DNA of 64,000 nucleotides from NCBI GenBank assembly GCA_045105235.1, contig JBGCDH010000023.1:21749-85748 (forward strand), read 5' to 3'. Shown here in pieces: positions 17,547-27,178 of the stretch. Numbering within the stretch: the first letter of the stretch is position 1; the number at the start of each line of letters is the position of its first letter. Under the pieces are notes generated by a model. That model was not told the origin of the DNA. It searched no databases and saw nothing but the letters and a program-made list of their open reading frames with translations. This stretch comes from Planctomycetota bacterium (GTDB lineage Bacteria > Planctomycetota > UBA1135 > UBA2386). A program made the translations under genes and the position numbers.

Positions 17547-20500
17547 CTAGGACTGCACAAAGCGCCACAGGCCAAACGAGCCGGCGACGTACAGCTCGGG
17601 AAGCTGGGCCGGATCGCCATCCAGATCGGCGACCACGATGCTGTTGTGCATGCCGGCCGCACCCGGCACGTGGCTGCGCCAACGCGTCGCCAGCGTCTCG
17701 GCGTCGAGCACCAGCACGTCGCCCGCCAGCGTCGTCACGATCAGCTCGTCGCGAGCCGGCCCACTCGCTTCGGGCAGCAGATCCGCCACGCACATGCCCA
17801 CGACGCCGTAGCCGCCACGATCGCCACGATCGCCACGATCGCCGAGATCGCCGGCGGCCGCGGCCGCGTCGGGAACAAGCCGCCGCTGCGCTTCGAGGGC
17901 AAAGCTGCCGGCACCGGCCGACGACCAGCGCAGCCGCTGCACGCTGCCCGTCGCAACCTCGAAGTCGCGCAACCTGCCGTTCGACGAACGACCGCCGTAG
18001 GCCCGCGGCAGCGGCGTCGGTCCGTAGACCGTGCCGAACCAGACCATCAGGTCGTCGCCGCGAACCGCGACCGCCAGCGCGCCGCCGCCAAAGCCGTAGT
18101 CCTCGGAGGACGACACCGCACCAAGTGCATGCCCGGCCGACGGCGTACCCATCTGCGGACGCAGCACCCGCACGCGCCCGCCGGGGCAGCCGAGCGCGAG
18201 CACCACTTCGCCCGATGCGAGCTGGCGCGCCGCCAGCGCCTGATGGTTCATGATCGGGACCTGCGTCACGAAGCTGCGCAACGGCAAGAACGGCAAAAAG
18301 CTCGCGGTGGTCGCAGACTCTTCGTGCCCGGTCGACGCCCACAGCCCGGCGACGTCAAACGGTCCCGCAGCGGACGGAAAGCGCACCCCTTCGACGAGGT
18401 TGCCCCACGTATCGCGGCCGATGCCGTCGCTGCGCGCCGACCAATAGTAGACATCGCGCGGCGCAGCGCTGCCGTTCGCCGTTTGCACATCGAGCACATC
18501 ACCGCCCATGCGGTGCGCGACGAAGCCTTCGAAGACGCAGCTCCCGGCGGACCCGCGCCGCCAGTTGTCGGGCAGCGTGTTGGTCTCCGCGTCTTCGTAG
18601 CCAAGGTGGAACACGTCCGTCGGACACCACGGCTTGGTCACGATCTTGGTCGCGCCGGACGGCGCGCGAATCGCGACGCGCTCGCTGCCGTAGCGCGTGC
18701 TGACAATCGGCTGCGTTGCGCCCGACGCGTTGCGGTTGCCGAGGTCTTGCCAGCCGCGGATGCCGGCAAGGGACGGATCGCCGTTGCGGTAGCGGGCGGC
18801 GGCGGCGGCGGAATCGCTGGCGGTCGGCACGCGCCAGTAGCCACCGCGGCGATCGAGCACATGCAGCTGCTGTTCGCCGGCACGGCGCGCGATGGCCCAG
18901 GTCGCGGCCAGAGCTTGGTTGGTGTGCGGCAGGCTGCCGTCTTGATCTCCCGAGCGGCCTTCGCGACCCGATGCGTCTTCGCGACCCCGTGCATCTTCGC
19001 GGCCCCGTGCGTCTTCGCGGCCCGATGCAGCTTCGCCGTCTGGCCGAACCGGAGAGTAGCGAGCCGGCAGAGCGGCCGCCGCGAACGACGCCGCAACCGG
19101 CAGCAGCGCGCCCGGCATCGGAAACTGCAGGACCGGCTGTGCGGTGACCTCAAGCAGATCGTTGATGTGCAGCCACATCAGCGATCCCGACTGGCTCGCG
19201 ACCACCACTTCTTGATCGTAGGGGCCGTCGCTGCCTGCCAGGTTGTTGTCGACCAGCTCACCGACCGCCAGCGCATGCGTCTGCAGACCCGCCGGCTGGT
19301 AGATTGTCGCGCCCGCCGTCAAGAACAGGATCTTCTGCGCGAGCTGGCGGCCGAACTGGTCGTACAGCGACAGGTTGTCGTTGTGCAGCAGGAGCAGGTG
19401 TTCGCCCTTGCGATCGCCGGGGTCGGAAGAACTGTTCGGGCTGGCCGCTGCCGGCTGGCGACAAGTTGCGATGCGCAGGCCCCCGGTGCCGCCGAGGAGC
19501 GGCCTGGCGCCGACGACATAGCTGGTGCCGGCGCGCGCCGGCGGCAGATACGCGCGCACCGCTACGCCGTCTTCGTCGCCTGACCACAGACCGACCAGAG
19601 CGTCGACGTAGCCCTGCCCGGCGATGCGCCAATCGGCCTGCAGGAGCGCCAGATCGTGCGGAGTGCCCTGACACGGTGGATCCGTCATCACGTTGGTGGC
19701 GGCATCCGGGTCGAGCAGGCGCTCGGGAATGGGCCGACTGATCGTGTGCACGCGGGGCGCAAACAGAGCGGGATCCTGCAGCTCCTGCGGTTCAAAGAGA
19801 ACCTCCGCCACCACGCCCCGGCGCGATTGGATCGCGACCTTCTGGCCGCGCACCACAAAGTCAACAATGCCGGGCTCGGGCCATTCGTAGATCGGCGCAA
19901 ACGTCGCGGCGTCGTAGAACACCAGGCCGCCGTGCACCGACGCGAAGACCACCTGCTCGGGGCGGCCGGGCAGCACGCTCGCGACCTTGAGGTGGTGCGG
20001 CCGCGCGCAGGCCCACGGCAGCTCGACGGTCTGCAGGACCTGCAGCGAATCGATCGCCAGGCGATGCAGGTGGCGGCGGGTTGCGACCAGCAGTTCGGAG
20101 CCGCTGCGCCCGCCTGCGAAGACCGCCAGACCGGTCGCCTCGTGGCCGAGTGCGCGCGGCAGCGTGCGGCCCACGGCCGGCAAACTCGGATCGGCGCCGG
20201 GGAGCAAGCCATCGTTGCTGTGGGCAACCTTGACGAGCTGGCCGCCGCGCACCGGCACGCCGGTGTCGTCGGTATCGACCGCAAAGGCACAGACCACGCC
20301 TTCGATCCCCGCGACGTAGACGCGGCCATCGTGGATGAGCATGGCTTCCTTGTGGCCAAGCCACGTGCCCGCTGCCCCCGGCTGGGTCCGCGCAAACCAC
20401 TCGTCGTCGCGACGCAGTGGGGTGCTTGCGCCGGTCGGCGTGCTCGCCGCGGCCGGCATCGAATCGCCGACGCGGCCGAGCGCCCATTCGTGCGGGTTGT

Positions 20501-22103
20501 CGAGCGCCCGCAGCGACGGCCCCGGCGGCTCGCTCGCGACCGGCGGGATCGGCGACAGCTCGCCGCGATCCAGCTGTCGCCGGCGGTTGTCGATGGCCCG
20601 CACGATGACTTCGTGCACCAGCGGATGCAGGTGCCTGACGGGATCGCCGCCGTAGGGACTGTCAAAGCGAGAGCCTTCGCCGTGGCAGGTGTTTTCGGCC
20701 ACCGACCAGGCCAGCTCGCTGCCAACCGGCCACAGGCGCCGCCCCGTCGCGGCGCGCACACCGGCACTCGTGGGGCCGGCGGCTACGGCAGCTCCGGCGG
20801 CCAGCTGCGCCCAATCGGTACCGGTCGACGTGATGTCTTCGTCGCCGACCACGAAGCACGCGGGTCGGTGCACGTCACCACGCTCAAAGCGACGGAGATA
20901 CGACAGGTCGTGGATCCAGCGGTTCTGTCCCCACGTGTACTGGCCCCAATCGAGCAGGTCGTGTTCGTCGACAGTCGCACCGCGATCGGCCGAGCCGCCG
21001 AGCATGCCAAAGGCAAAGCCGAGGTCGTGCTCTCCCAGCAGGCGCTGGATGCTCGGGTGGATCACCGAACAAAACGCGCCGTGGATGCGCTCGGGATAAC
21101 GCATCAGCGCCCAGCTGGTTTGGTGGCCGCCGTTGCTGCCGCCGGCAAACACCGTGACGACGTCGCGCTCGACGCTGCGCCCCGGACCTTGCGCCGACAG
21201 CCGGTGCTGGGCGCCGATCGGGTTGCGCGCGCTGTTGTCCTGCAGCAGCAGTTCGACGGCAGTCAGCAGCTGCATACTGCGCTGTTCGTTGCAGGTCGTC
21301 TGGCGCCGCGCCACCGTCGGCACGGCGTAGGCGATGATCGGGTAGTAGCTCGCATCGGGCGCGGGGGCCGCCAACAGGTCGGCGTAGCCGGTCGGCCGTC
21401 GGACCGTGCTTGCGCCGACGTTGTCGCGGAAGCCATCGGCGGACCGCGACAGCTCGGGACGCGTCAGCCCATCGGGGCTGAAGTAGCCCTGGTAGATCTG
21501 GAACCACGACAGCACCCGGCCCTGGTGGTCGCGCGGAAACGCCGTGGTCTCCCAGTTGAACACCACGATCACGACCTTGTCGTGCACCGCCGGGTCGTAG
21601 TCCTGCTGCGGCCGGAACAGCTCAAAGGCCGCCTGGTCGACATAGGCGCCCACCGCGCCGTAGAGCGGGTGTGCGGTCGGCAGCGACACGCCCGCGGGCC
21701 GCAGGTAGCCGACCAACCGCTGCATCGGCACACCGGGCGGAACCGGACCAAACGGCTCGTTCCAGAGATACGGCTGCCAGCCGGCCGGCGCGTGCACGTC
21801 CGAGAGGGTCACATCCCGCCCATCATCCGATGAAAACCAACCGCCATAGTCGATGTCCGATTGGCCCGCCGGCGCAAAGCCCTCGCCGTGGTTCCAGCGA
21901 GGCAGTGGCTCTGCATACTGAACGCGCGGCGCGGAGCCGTTGCGCAATGCCCCAGGGGCTGGCTCGGCAATGCCGGGGTGCACGCGGCGGGAGCCGCCGG
22001 TGGCGGGAGCTGGAACCTGCGCGGGCGCGGTGGCTGTCAGCGCTAGGGCAGCAGCGAGCGAAAGCGCGAAGGCGCGAGACATGACGAGGGAGGCATGGCG
22101 CAC
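17547..22103 (-). CDS. Large secreted hypothetical protein (alpha/beta-hydrolase-like N-half, beta-propeller-like C-half)
   Basis: Signal peptide; FAGGSNGG nucleophile-elbow motif; VADL/DLDGD...EL repeats near the C-terminus. Confidence 0.7.
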   Translation of the reverse strand: MRHASLVMSRAFALSLAAALALTATAPAQVPAPATGGSRRVHPGIAEPAPGALRNGSAPRVQYAEPLPRWNHGEGFAPAGQSDIDYGGWFSSDDGRDVTLSDVHAPAGWQPYLWNEPFGPVPPGVPMQRLVGYLRPAGVSLPTAHPLYGAVGAYVDQAAFELFRPQQDYDPAVHDKVVIVVFNWETTAFPRDHQGRVLSWFQIYQGYFSPDGLTRPELSRSADGFRDNVGASTVRRPTGYADLLAAPAPDASYYPIIAYAVPTVARRQTTCNEQRSMQLLTAVELLLQDNSARNPIGAQHRLSAQGPGRSVERDVVTVFAGGSNGGHQTSWALMRYPERIHGAFCSVIHPSIQRLLGEHDLGFAFGMLGGSADRGATVDEHDLLDWGQYTWGQNRWIHDLSYLRRFERGDVHRPACFVVGDEDITSTGTDWAQLAAGAAVAAGPTSAGVRAATGRRLWPVGSELAWSVAENTCHGEGSRFDSPYGGDPVRHLHPLVHEVIVRAIDNRRRQLDRGELSPIPPVASEPPGPSLRALDNPHEWALGRVGDSMPAAASTPTGASTPLRRDDEWFARTQPGAAGTWLGHKEAMLIHDGRVYVAGIEGVVCAFAVDTDDTGVPVRGGQLVKVAHSNDGLLPGADPSLPAVGRTLPRALGHEATGLAVFAGGRSGSELLVATRRHLHRLAIDSLQVLQTVELPWACARPHHLKVASVLPGRPEQVVFASVHGGLVFYDAATFAPIYEWPEPGIVDFVVRGQKVAIQSRRGVVAEVLFEPQELQDPALFAPRVHTISRPIPERLLDPDAATNVMTDPPCQGTPHDLALLQADWRIAGQGYVDALVGLWSGDEDGVAVRAYLPPARAGTSYVVGARPLLGGTGGLRIATCRQPAAASPNSSSDPGDRKGEHLLLLHNDNLSLYDQFGRQLAQKILFLTAGATIYQPAGLQTHALAVGELVDNNLAGSDGPYDQEVVVASQSGSLMWLHINDLLEVTAQPVLQFPMPGALLPVAASFAAAALPARYSPVRPDGEAASGREDARGREDARGREDASGREGRSGDQDGSLPHTNQALAATWAIARRAGEQQLHVLDRRGGYWRVPTASDSAAAAARYRNGDPSLAGIRGWQDLGNRNASGATQPIVSTRYGSERVAIRAPSGATKIVTKPWCPTDVFHLGYEDAETNTLPDNWRRGSAGSCVFEGFVAHRMGGDVLDVQTANGSAAPRDVYYWSARSDGIGRDTWGNLVEGVRFPSAAGPFDVAGLWASTGHEESATTASFLPFLPLRSFVTQVPIMNHQALAARQLASGEVVLALGCPGGRVRVLRPQMGTPSAGHALGAVSSSEDYGFGGGALAVAVRGDDLMVWFGTVYGPTPLPRAYGGRSSNGRLRDFEVATGSVQRLRWSSAGAGSFALEAQRRLVPDAAAAAGDLGDRGDRGDRGGYGVVGMCVADLLPEASGPARDELIVTTLAGDVLVLDAETLATRWRSHVPGAAGMHNSIVVADLDGDPAQLPELYVAGSFGLWRFVQS

Positions 22104-22109
22104 CGCGTC

Positions 22110-22115
22110 ACGTTA
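22110..22115 (-). promoter_or_regulatory. -10 element of a putative leaderless promoter
   Basis: TAACGT-N6-GTG start at 22103. Confidence 0.4.
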
Positions 22116-22204
22116 GACGATTGAGGCGCGTTCGGTAGGCGGATGGTGTGCGGGCTGCTGCGCGTGCCGAATCGTCAACGGAAGGAGTGACGGTGTGCCA
22201 GTTC

Positions 22205-22257
22205 AGAGTCACGGCCTTAAGAGTCACCATCCTTAAGAATCACCGCCTAAGAGTCAC
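22205..22257. repeat. Four direct repeats AGA(G/A)TCAC at 14-16 bp spacing
   Basis: agagtcac at 22205, 22220 and 22250; agaatcac at 22236. Confidence 0.7.
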
Positions 22258-22506
22258 AAGATCGACCGCCTCACAAATGCCCCATGTCGGCATCGCTGCT
22301 TTCGTTGTCCCTGCAATTTATGAATTCTCGATGCATAGCCGTTTCACACAATTTCGATTTCGTAGCCTCGGCCAATCCGTCACGCCCGAAACCACCTACA
22401 CACCCCACCAAGACGCTCACGCACCAGATCCGATAGCGGCACGGCAAAACTCCAACACCTACGCCGGCAGCACTCGAAACGCCCCTCCGACCAGGCCCAC
22501 AACCCC

Positions 22507-23754
22507 CTACGCAAACAGCCCCGCCAACCGCCCCGTTGCGAAGGCTGCCTGGAAGTTGAAGCCGCCGATCGGGCCGTCGATATCGAGTAGCTCTCCGCAC
22601 AGAAAGAGACCCGGCTGGAGCTTGGACTGCATGGTCTTGGCGTCGACCTCGTCGAGCACCACGCCACCGCGGGTCACCTCGGCTGCGCCGTAGCCGAGGC
22701 TGTTGGGCGACGGCACGCGCAGGTCCTTGACGGCCCGCAGCAGCGCGCGGCGCTCGTCCTTGGGCCAGCTCGCCAGGGTGCGGTCGGCGGCGGAACCGGC
22801 GCGCTCGACCAGTGCGTGGCGCACGCGTTCGGGGACCTGGCGCGGCAATACCGACTCGACCCGGCGTGAGCCGTTTTGCTTGGCGGCCGACAGCCAGCGC
22901 TGCTCGAGATCTTGCTCTGGGACCTCGGGCAAGAAGTCGAAGCGAACCTGTGCTTTGCCAACGAGCTCTTCGATGTCGCCGGCCAGATCCATCGGTGCTG
23001 GCCCCGACAGGCCCTTGTGCGTGAACAGGATCGGGCGCCGCCGCCGCAGCGTCTCCTTGCCGTCGGCGCCGACGCACGCGATGTCGACGTCCTTGAGCAC
23101 AATGCCCTGCAGGGCCCGCACCCACGGCGCATCGACGCGCAGCGGCGCCAGCGCCGGATAGGTGCTGGTGATGGTGTGGCCAAACGCGCGGCACCAGGCG
23201 TAGCCATCGCCCGTCGCGCCGGTCTTGGGGTAGCTGAGGCCGCCCGTCGCGAGCACGACCGATTGGGCGCGCACTTCGCCGCTCGGCGTCGACAGCACGA
23301 AGCCACGCTCTCCGCCGCCATCGCCGTCCACCCGCCACACATCGGCAACCGGCGCATCGCGCACCAGCTCCACGCCCGAACGCTCGACCAAAGCCAGCAG
23401 CGCATCGACGACGTCGCCGGCCTTTTGGCTGATGGGGAAGAGCTTTTCGAGGTCCTCTTCGCGCAGCGGCACGCCGGCCGCCTCGATGAACTCGCGCAGC
23501 GCCGTCGGCGGAAACGACCGCAGCGCGTGGCGCAAGAAGCGCCCGCGGCGTTTGCCGTACTGCAGCTCGAGGTCCTTGCCCGAACGCGTCGTGGTCAGGT
23601 TGCAGCGCCCGCCGCCGCTGATCAGGATCTTGAGGCCCGGCTTGCGGTTCTTTTCGATCAGAACCGTGCGGCGGCCACGTTGCGCGGCCTGCACCGCGGC
23701 CATCAGGCCTGCGGCGCCGCCGCCGACGACCGCGACGTCTACGTCGCGGTCCAT
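22507..23754 (-). CDS. HI0933/BaiN-family flavoprotein
   Basis: GGGAAG, KILISGGGRCNLT, ATGG.SYP.TG.TGDGY, FTH.GLSGP, VTRGGV, GGFNFQAA. Confidence 0.93.
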   Translation of the reverse strand: MDRDVDVAVVGGGAAGLMAAVQAAQRGRRTVLIEKNRKPGLKILISGGGRCNLTTTRSGKDLELQYGKRRGRFLRHALRSFPPTALREFIEAAGVPLREEDLEKLFPISQKAGDVVDALLALVERSGVELVRDAPVADVWRVDGDGGGERGFVLSTPSGEVRAQSVVLATGGLSYPKTGATGDGYAWCRAFGHTITSTYPALAPLRVDAPWVRALQGIVLKDVDIACVGADGKETLRRRRPILFTHKGLSGPAPMDLAGDIEELVGKAQVRFDFLPEVPEQDLEQRWLSAAKQNGSRRVESVLPRQVPERVRHALVERAGSAADRTLASWPKDERRALLRAVKDLRVPSPNSLGYGAAEVTRGGVVLDEVDAKTMQSKLQPGLFLCGELLDIDGPIGGFNFQAAFATGRLAGLFA

Positions 23755-23919
23755 CAGCGATCGCCCTCGAACGCGCGCCAGATCGGCCAAGCGGCCGAAT
23801 CAGCCCATTGGACTTCGCGCGCCTTCATAGGGTTGGGTGGGCCCGCCGACACGCGACGGGCCGCTCACGAAACGGTGAACCTATTCGCCGCTTCAAGTGC
23901 TTGGGGCTTGCTGGACGCC

Positions 23920-24105
23920 TCAGCCCTTCTGCTCGGTCTTGCTCTCTTCCGACTTGCCCTTCTCGTCTTCGTCCGGCTCCGTGATGCGAAGCACGGGACG
24001 GTTGCCGATCGGGGTCTTGCGGTTGGTGGAGTAGCCCTTGCCCATCTTCTTGGGCTTGAACCTGCCGGCGGTCGCGCCGCCGGCCTTGGTGCGTGAACGT
24101 GCCAT
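23920..24105 (-). CDS. Small basic hypothetical protein (61 aa) downstream of rplC
   Basis: AAAGGA ribosome-binding site before the ATG, codon style like rplC, GC hairpin downstream. Confidence 0.7.
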   Translation of the reverse strand: MARSRTKAGGATAGRFKPKKMGKGYSTNRKTPIGNRPVLRITEPDEDEKGKSEESKTEQKG

Positions 24106-24160
24106 GGTCGTAGTTCCTTTGCGTGTTGTAGTGTTGGTAATGCTCGACAGCGGTATGCCG

Positions 24161-24967
24161 CTATCGACCCTTCGCGAGCATCGCCTTGGCGGCGGCGTTC
24201 GCGACCTGCATGCCCGGCTTGTCGCTCAGGTCACGCTCGTTCTTGACGGTCTGCGTCAGCACGAGGTAGCTGTTGACGTGACCAGGAACCGCGCCCTTCA
24301 GGAAGACCAGGTTGCGCTCCTTGTCGACCTTGACGACCTCGAGGCGCTGGATCGTGACCTGCTCGACGCCGTACTGACCGGCCATCTTCTTGCCCTTGGG
24401 GACACCGTGGCTGGTCGAGTATTGACGACCGATACCACCCGCACGACGGTGGTTGATCGAGTTGCCGTGCGTGGCATCCTGCGTGGCAAAGTTCCATCGC
24501 TTGATGGTGCCGGTCCAGCCGCGACCTTTGGTCGTGCCGGTGACGTCGACGTAGCGGACGTCTTCGAGCAGGTCGGCCGAGATGTCCTCACCGGGCTTCT
24601 GCGTCGGCGCCTGCTCGAGGCGGAACTCCTTGACGAAGCGCTTGCCGGCGTCGAGGCCCGACTTCTTGGCGTGGCCGAGCTCAGCCTTGTTGCAGACGCG
24701 CGCTGGCTTGTCGTCGAAGCCCAGCTGCACGGCGTAGTAGCCGTCGCCGGCACGAGCGCGCTCTTGGCGACCGCTCTTCTTGCCGCGGTTGTTGCTGGCG
24801 GTGCGGTGCTCTTCCGGATGTTCCGCTGCGGTCATCATCTTGACCTGCATGACCCGGCATGGGCCCGCTTGCACAACCGTTACCGGCACGACGTTGCCGT
24901 CCTCGAGGAACACTTGGGTCATCCCGAGCTTCTTGCCCAGAATGCCGAGGGTATTTCTGCCCGTCAT
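24161..24967 (-). CDS. rplC: 50S ribosomal protein L3 (orphan location)
   Basis: GKKLGMTQVF, PVTVV, DGY.AVQLG, DVTGTTKG.G..G.IKRWNF..QDATHGNS, KGKKMAG, KGAVPG. Confidence 0.95.
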   Translation of the reverse strand: MTGRNTLGILGKKLGMTQVFLEDGNVVPVTVVQAGPCRVMQVKMMTAAEHPEEHRTASNNRGKKSGRQERARAGDGYYAVQLGFDDKPARVCNKAELGHAKKSGLDAGKRFVKEFRLEQAPTQKPGEDISADLLEDVRYVDVTGTTKGRGWTGTIKRWNFATQDATHGNSINHRRAGGIGRQYSTSHGVPKGKKMAGQYGVEQVTIQRLEVVKVDKERNLVFLKGAVPGHVNSYLVLTQTVKNERDLSDKPGMQVANAAAKAMLAKGR

Positions 24968-25168
24968 CTTGTTTCGATCTCCACAGGCCATGGCGGCCCA
25001 GGTCAGGTGCGAAGAGGTCTCCGTCCGCCACGATGGCAGTTGGGTACATACGCTGTCAGGGCCGAACAGATTAGAAGCGGACGCAGCGGATGCAAGCGCG
25101 GACCGGATCGAGCCGCATTTGCATCCGCAGCGCGGTTGGCGCAGCTGGCGACGCGGCCGGGCGAATCA

Positions 25169-27178
25169 TCAACGAAACCAGGCCCGTAGACCCAATGCGA
25201 TCAGGCCCGCGAGCACGAACCAGCGGGCCAGAGGGCGTGGCGGCTGGGCAAAGGGGCCGAGCGGGGGCGGCTCCAGGACGGAGGTCGCGCCGGCCGCAGC
25301 CGGGCGGGAGCGGGCGCGTAGGTCGCGTTCGCCGCGTGGCGGGACGGCATTGGCAACAGATCCGGATCGTACAGCCGGCAGGACAGCTCCCGCCTCGCCG
25401 TAGGACGCAACAAACGCCCGCCGCAGCAGCTGCGGAAAGGCCGCCAGCAGCGGCAGGTTGCCGTCCTGCAGGCGGAAGGCGAAGTGCACCGAAGCGACGC
25501 CGCGCGGCCCACGCACCAGACACGCCAGCGGCAGGCTCGCGCCAGCACCAACGTCGGCCCACAAAAAGGGCTCGACGCCCGGCCCTGCCGGCGGCAGCAA
25601 GCCGAGCCAGGCACGCTCCAGGCGGAGCTCGGAAAGGTCGAGGCCGCGGGTCAGCGGCGAGGTGCGCGACCACTCGATCGGCTGCGGCGCCGGCCACGGT
25701 TCGGGGGCAGGATTCTCGCTGGCTGGGTTGCCGGTAGCTGGGTTGCCGGTAGCTGGGTTGCGGGTGGCTGGGTTGCGGGTGGCTGGGTCACCCTCCCCCG
25801 GGTTGCCGACGGCTCGGCGGCCCGCTCCGGAATCGCCAGCCGCCGCAGGCACAGCCATCAGGCGGCTGCCAAACGTCAGCGCCCGCACGGAGCCCGGCAC
25901 CATCGGGATCGCGCCGCCGTCGACCAGCAGCAACCCTACGGCTTGGCCCGCGGCAACTTCGGGTGCGATCACTTCCCCCGCCACTTCGTCCGCCAGGGCT
26001 TCGGCCGCGACCGCCGCAAACGGACCCGCGTCGCCTTCTGCAAAGACCGCGATGCGCGGCGCGGGCAGCGGCGGCAGCTCAAAGCGGCGCACGTCGTCCG
26101 TCGGCAGGCGGTCGCCGGGCATGCGCAGCTGCACCACCAACGCGCCGCCGGCGGCCGTGCGCTCGATGTCGAGCCCGGCCGTCGTCGCCACAGCTCCTGC
26201 CAACACGCGAACGCGACGACGAACCTCGTCGCCAAGCAGCCCGCTGCCGGCAACGCGCAGCTCGAGTTCGACCTCTTGCTCGTCGCGCTCCGCGCCGTCT
26301 CTCGGTTCGGCAGGTTCTTGCGCCGCTTGATCCGCACCAAACGCAACCAGTCGAACCGTCAGGTGCAGCGACGCGAGCGGCCAGCGGTCCTCGATGGCAA
26401 CGTCCACGAGCGCGGCGTTGGCGCCGCGGCCGTCCAGCCACGTCGTCGGCAGGCTCGCCGCAGGCTCGGCCGAGCCCTGGCCATCGGTCAGCGTCCAGAC
26501 TTCTGTCTGCGCATCGGCCAAGCCTTCGGCCAGCTCGCGCAGGTCGACACCGAGCGGACCGGCGGGCGCTCCGAGGTCGGTCAGCGCCCGCGCCGCGGCG
26601 CCGTGCCGGCGGCGCAGATCGCCACCGCAGCGCAGCACCGTGACGTCGACGTGCGGCGGCACCGCTGCCAAGGTCTCGCGCGCGAGCGCCACCGCCTGCT
26701 CAAAGCAGGTTGGGGACGGCGCCTCGCCCGCGTTCTCGCCACCGCTGCTCAAGGCCTCGCTGCCCGCGGCCCTACTGCCCGAGGCCCTGCTGCCCGAGGC
26801 CACTCTTTCCGATGCTTTGCCTTCCGATGCTCTGCCTTCCGATGCTTTGCCTTCCGATGCCGTGCCCGCAGACGCCATGCTGGCCGAGGCATCGAGCAGC
26901 ACCACCAGCCGCTGCTTGCCGGGCGCCGCTGTGGTAACGGGCCCGCTGGCGGCCACCGTGGCGGCAACCGCGGCGCACGCAAGCAGCGCAAAGCGCAGCC
27001 ACGAGCCGCGTGGAGGCCGGCGCCGCAGCGCCTTCATCGCCTGCTGCCACTGCGGCAAATGCGCCGTCCACAGCGTGCGCTTGGGCTTGGGCGGCTGCGA
27101 CAGCCACCACAGCAGCGGCAGCAGCGCAACCAGCAGCCAAAGCATGTTGGGATGAAGCAAGTGCATCAGCGAGAACAC
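25169..27178 (-). CDS. BatA-like N-terminus / vWA-domain membrane protein
   Basis: N-terminal hydrophobic HP..LWLL segment, VVLLDASASM MIDAS, LTDG, C-terminal TM. Confidence 0.8.
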   Translation of the reverse strand: MFSLMHLLHPNMLWLLVALLPLLWWLSQPPKPKRTLWTAHLPQWQQAMKALRRRPPRGSWLRFALLACAAVAATVAASGPVTTAAPGKQRLVVLLDASASMASAGTASEGKASEGRASEGKASERVASGSRASGSRAAGSEALSSGGENAGEAPSPTCFEQAVALARETLAAVPPHVDVTVLRCGGDLRRRHGAAARALTDLGAPAGPLGVDLRELAEGLADAQTEVWTLTDGQGSAEPAASLPTTWLDGRGANAALVDVAIEDRWPLASLHLTVRLVAFGADQAAQEPAEPRDGAERDEQEVELELRVAGSGLLGDEVRRRVRVLAGAVATTAGLDIERTAAGGALVVQLRMPGDRLPTDDVRRFELPPLPAPRIAVFAEGDAGPFAAVAAEALADEVAGEVIAPEVAAGQAVGLLLVDGGAIPMVPGSVRALTFGSRLMAVPAAAGDSGAGRRAVGNPGEGDPATRNPATRNPATGNPATGNPASENPAPEPWPAPQPIEWSRTSPLTRGLDLSELRLERAWLGLLPPAGPGVEPFLWADVGAGASLPLACLVRGPRGVASVHFAFRLQDGNLPLLAAFPQLLRRAFVASYGEAGAVLPAVRSGSVANAVPPRGERDLRARSRPAAAGATSVLEPPPLGPFAQPPRPLARWFVLAGLIALGLRAWFR

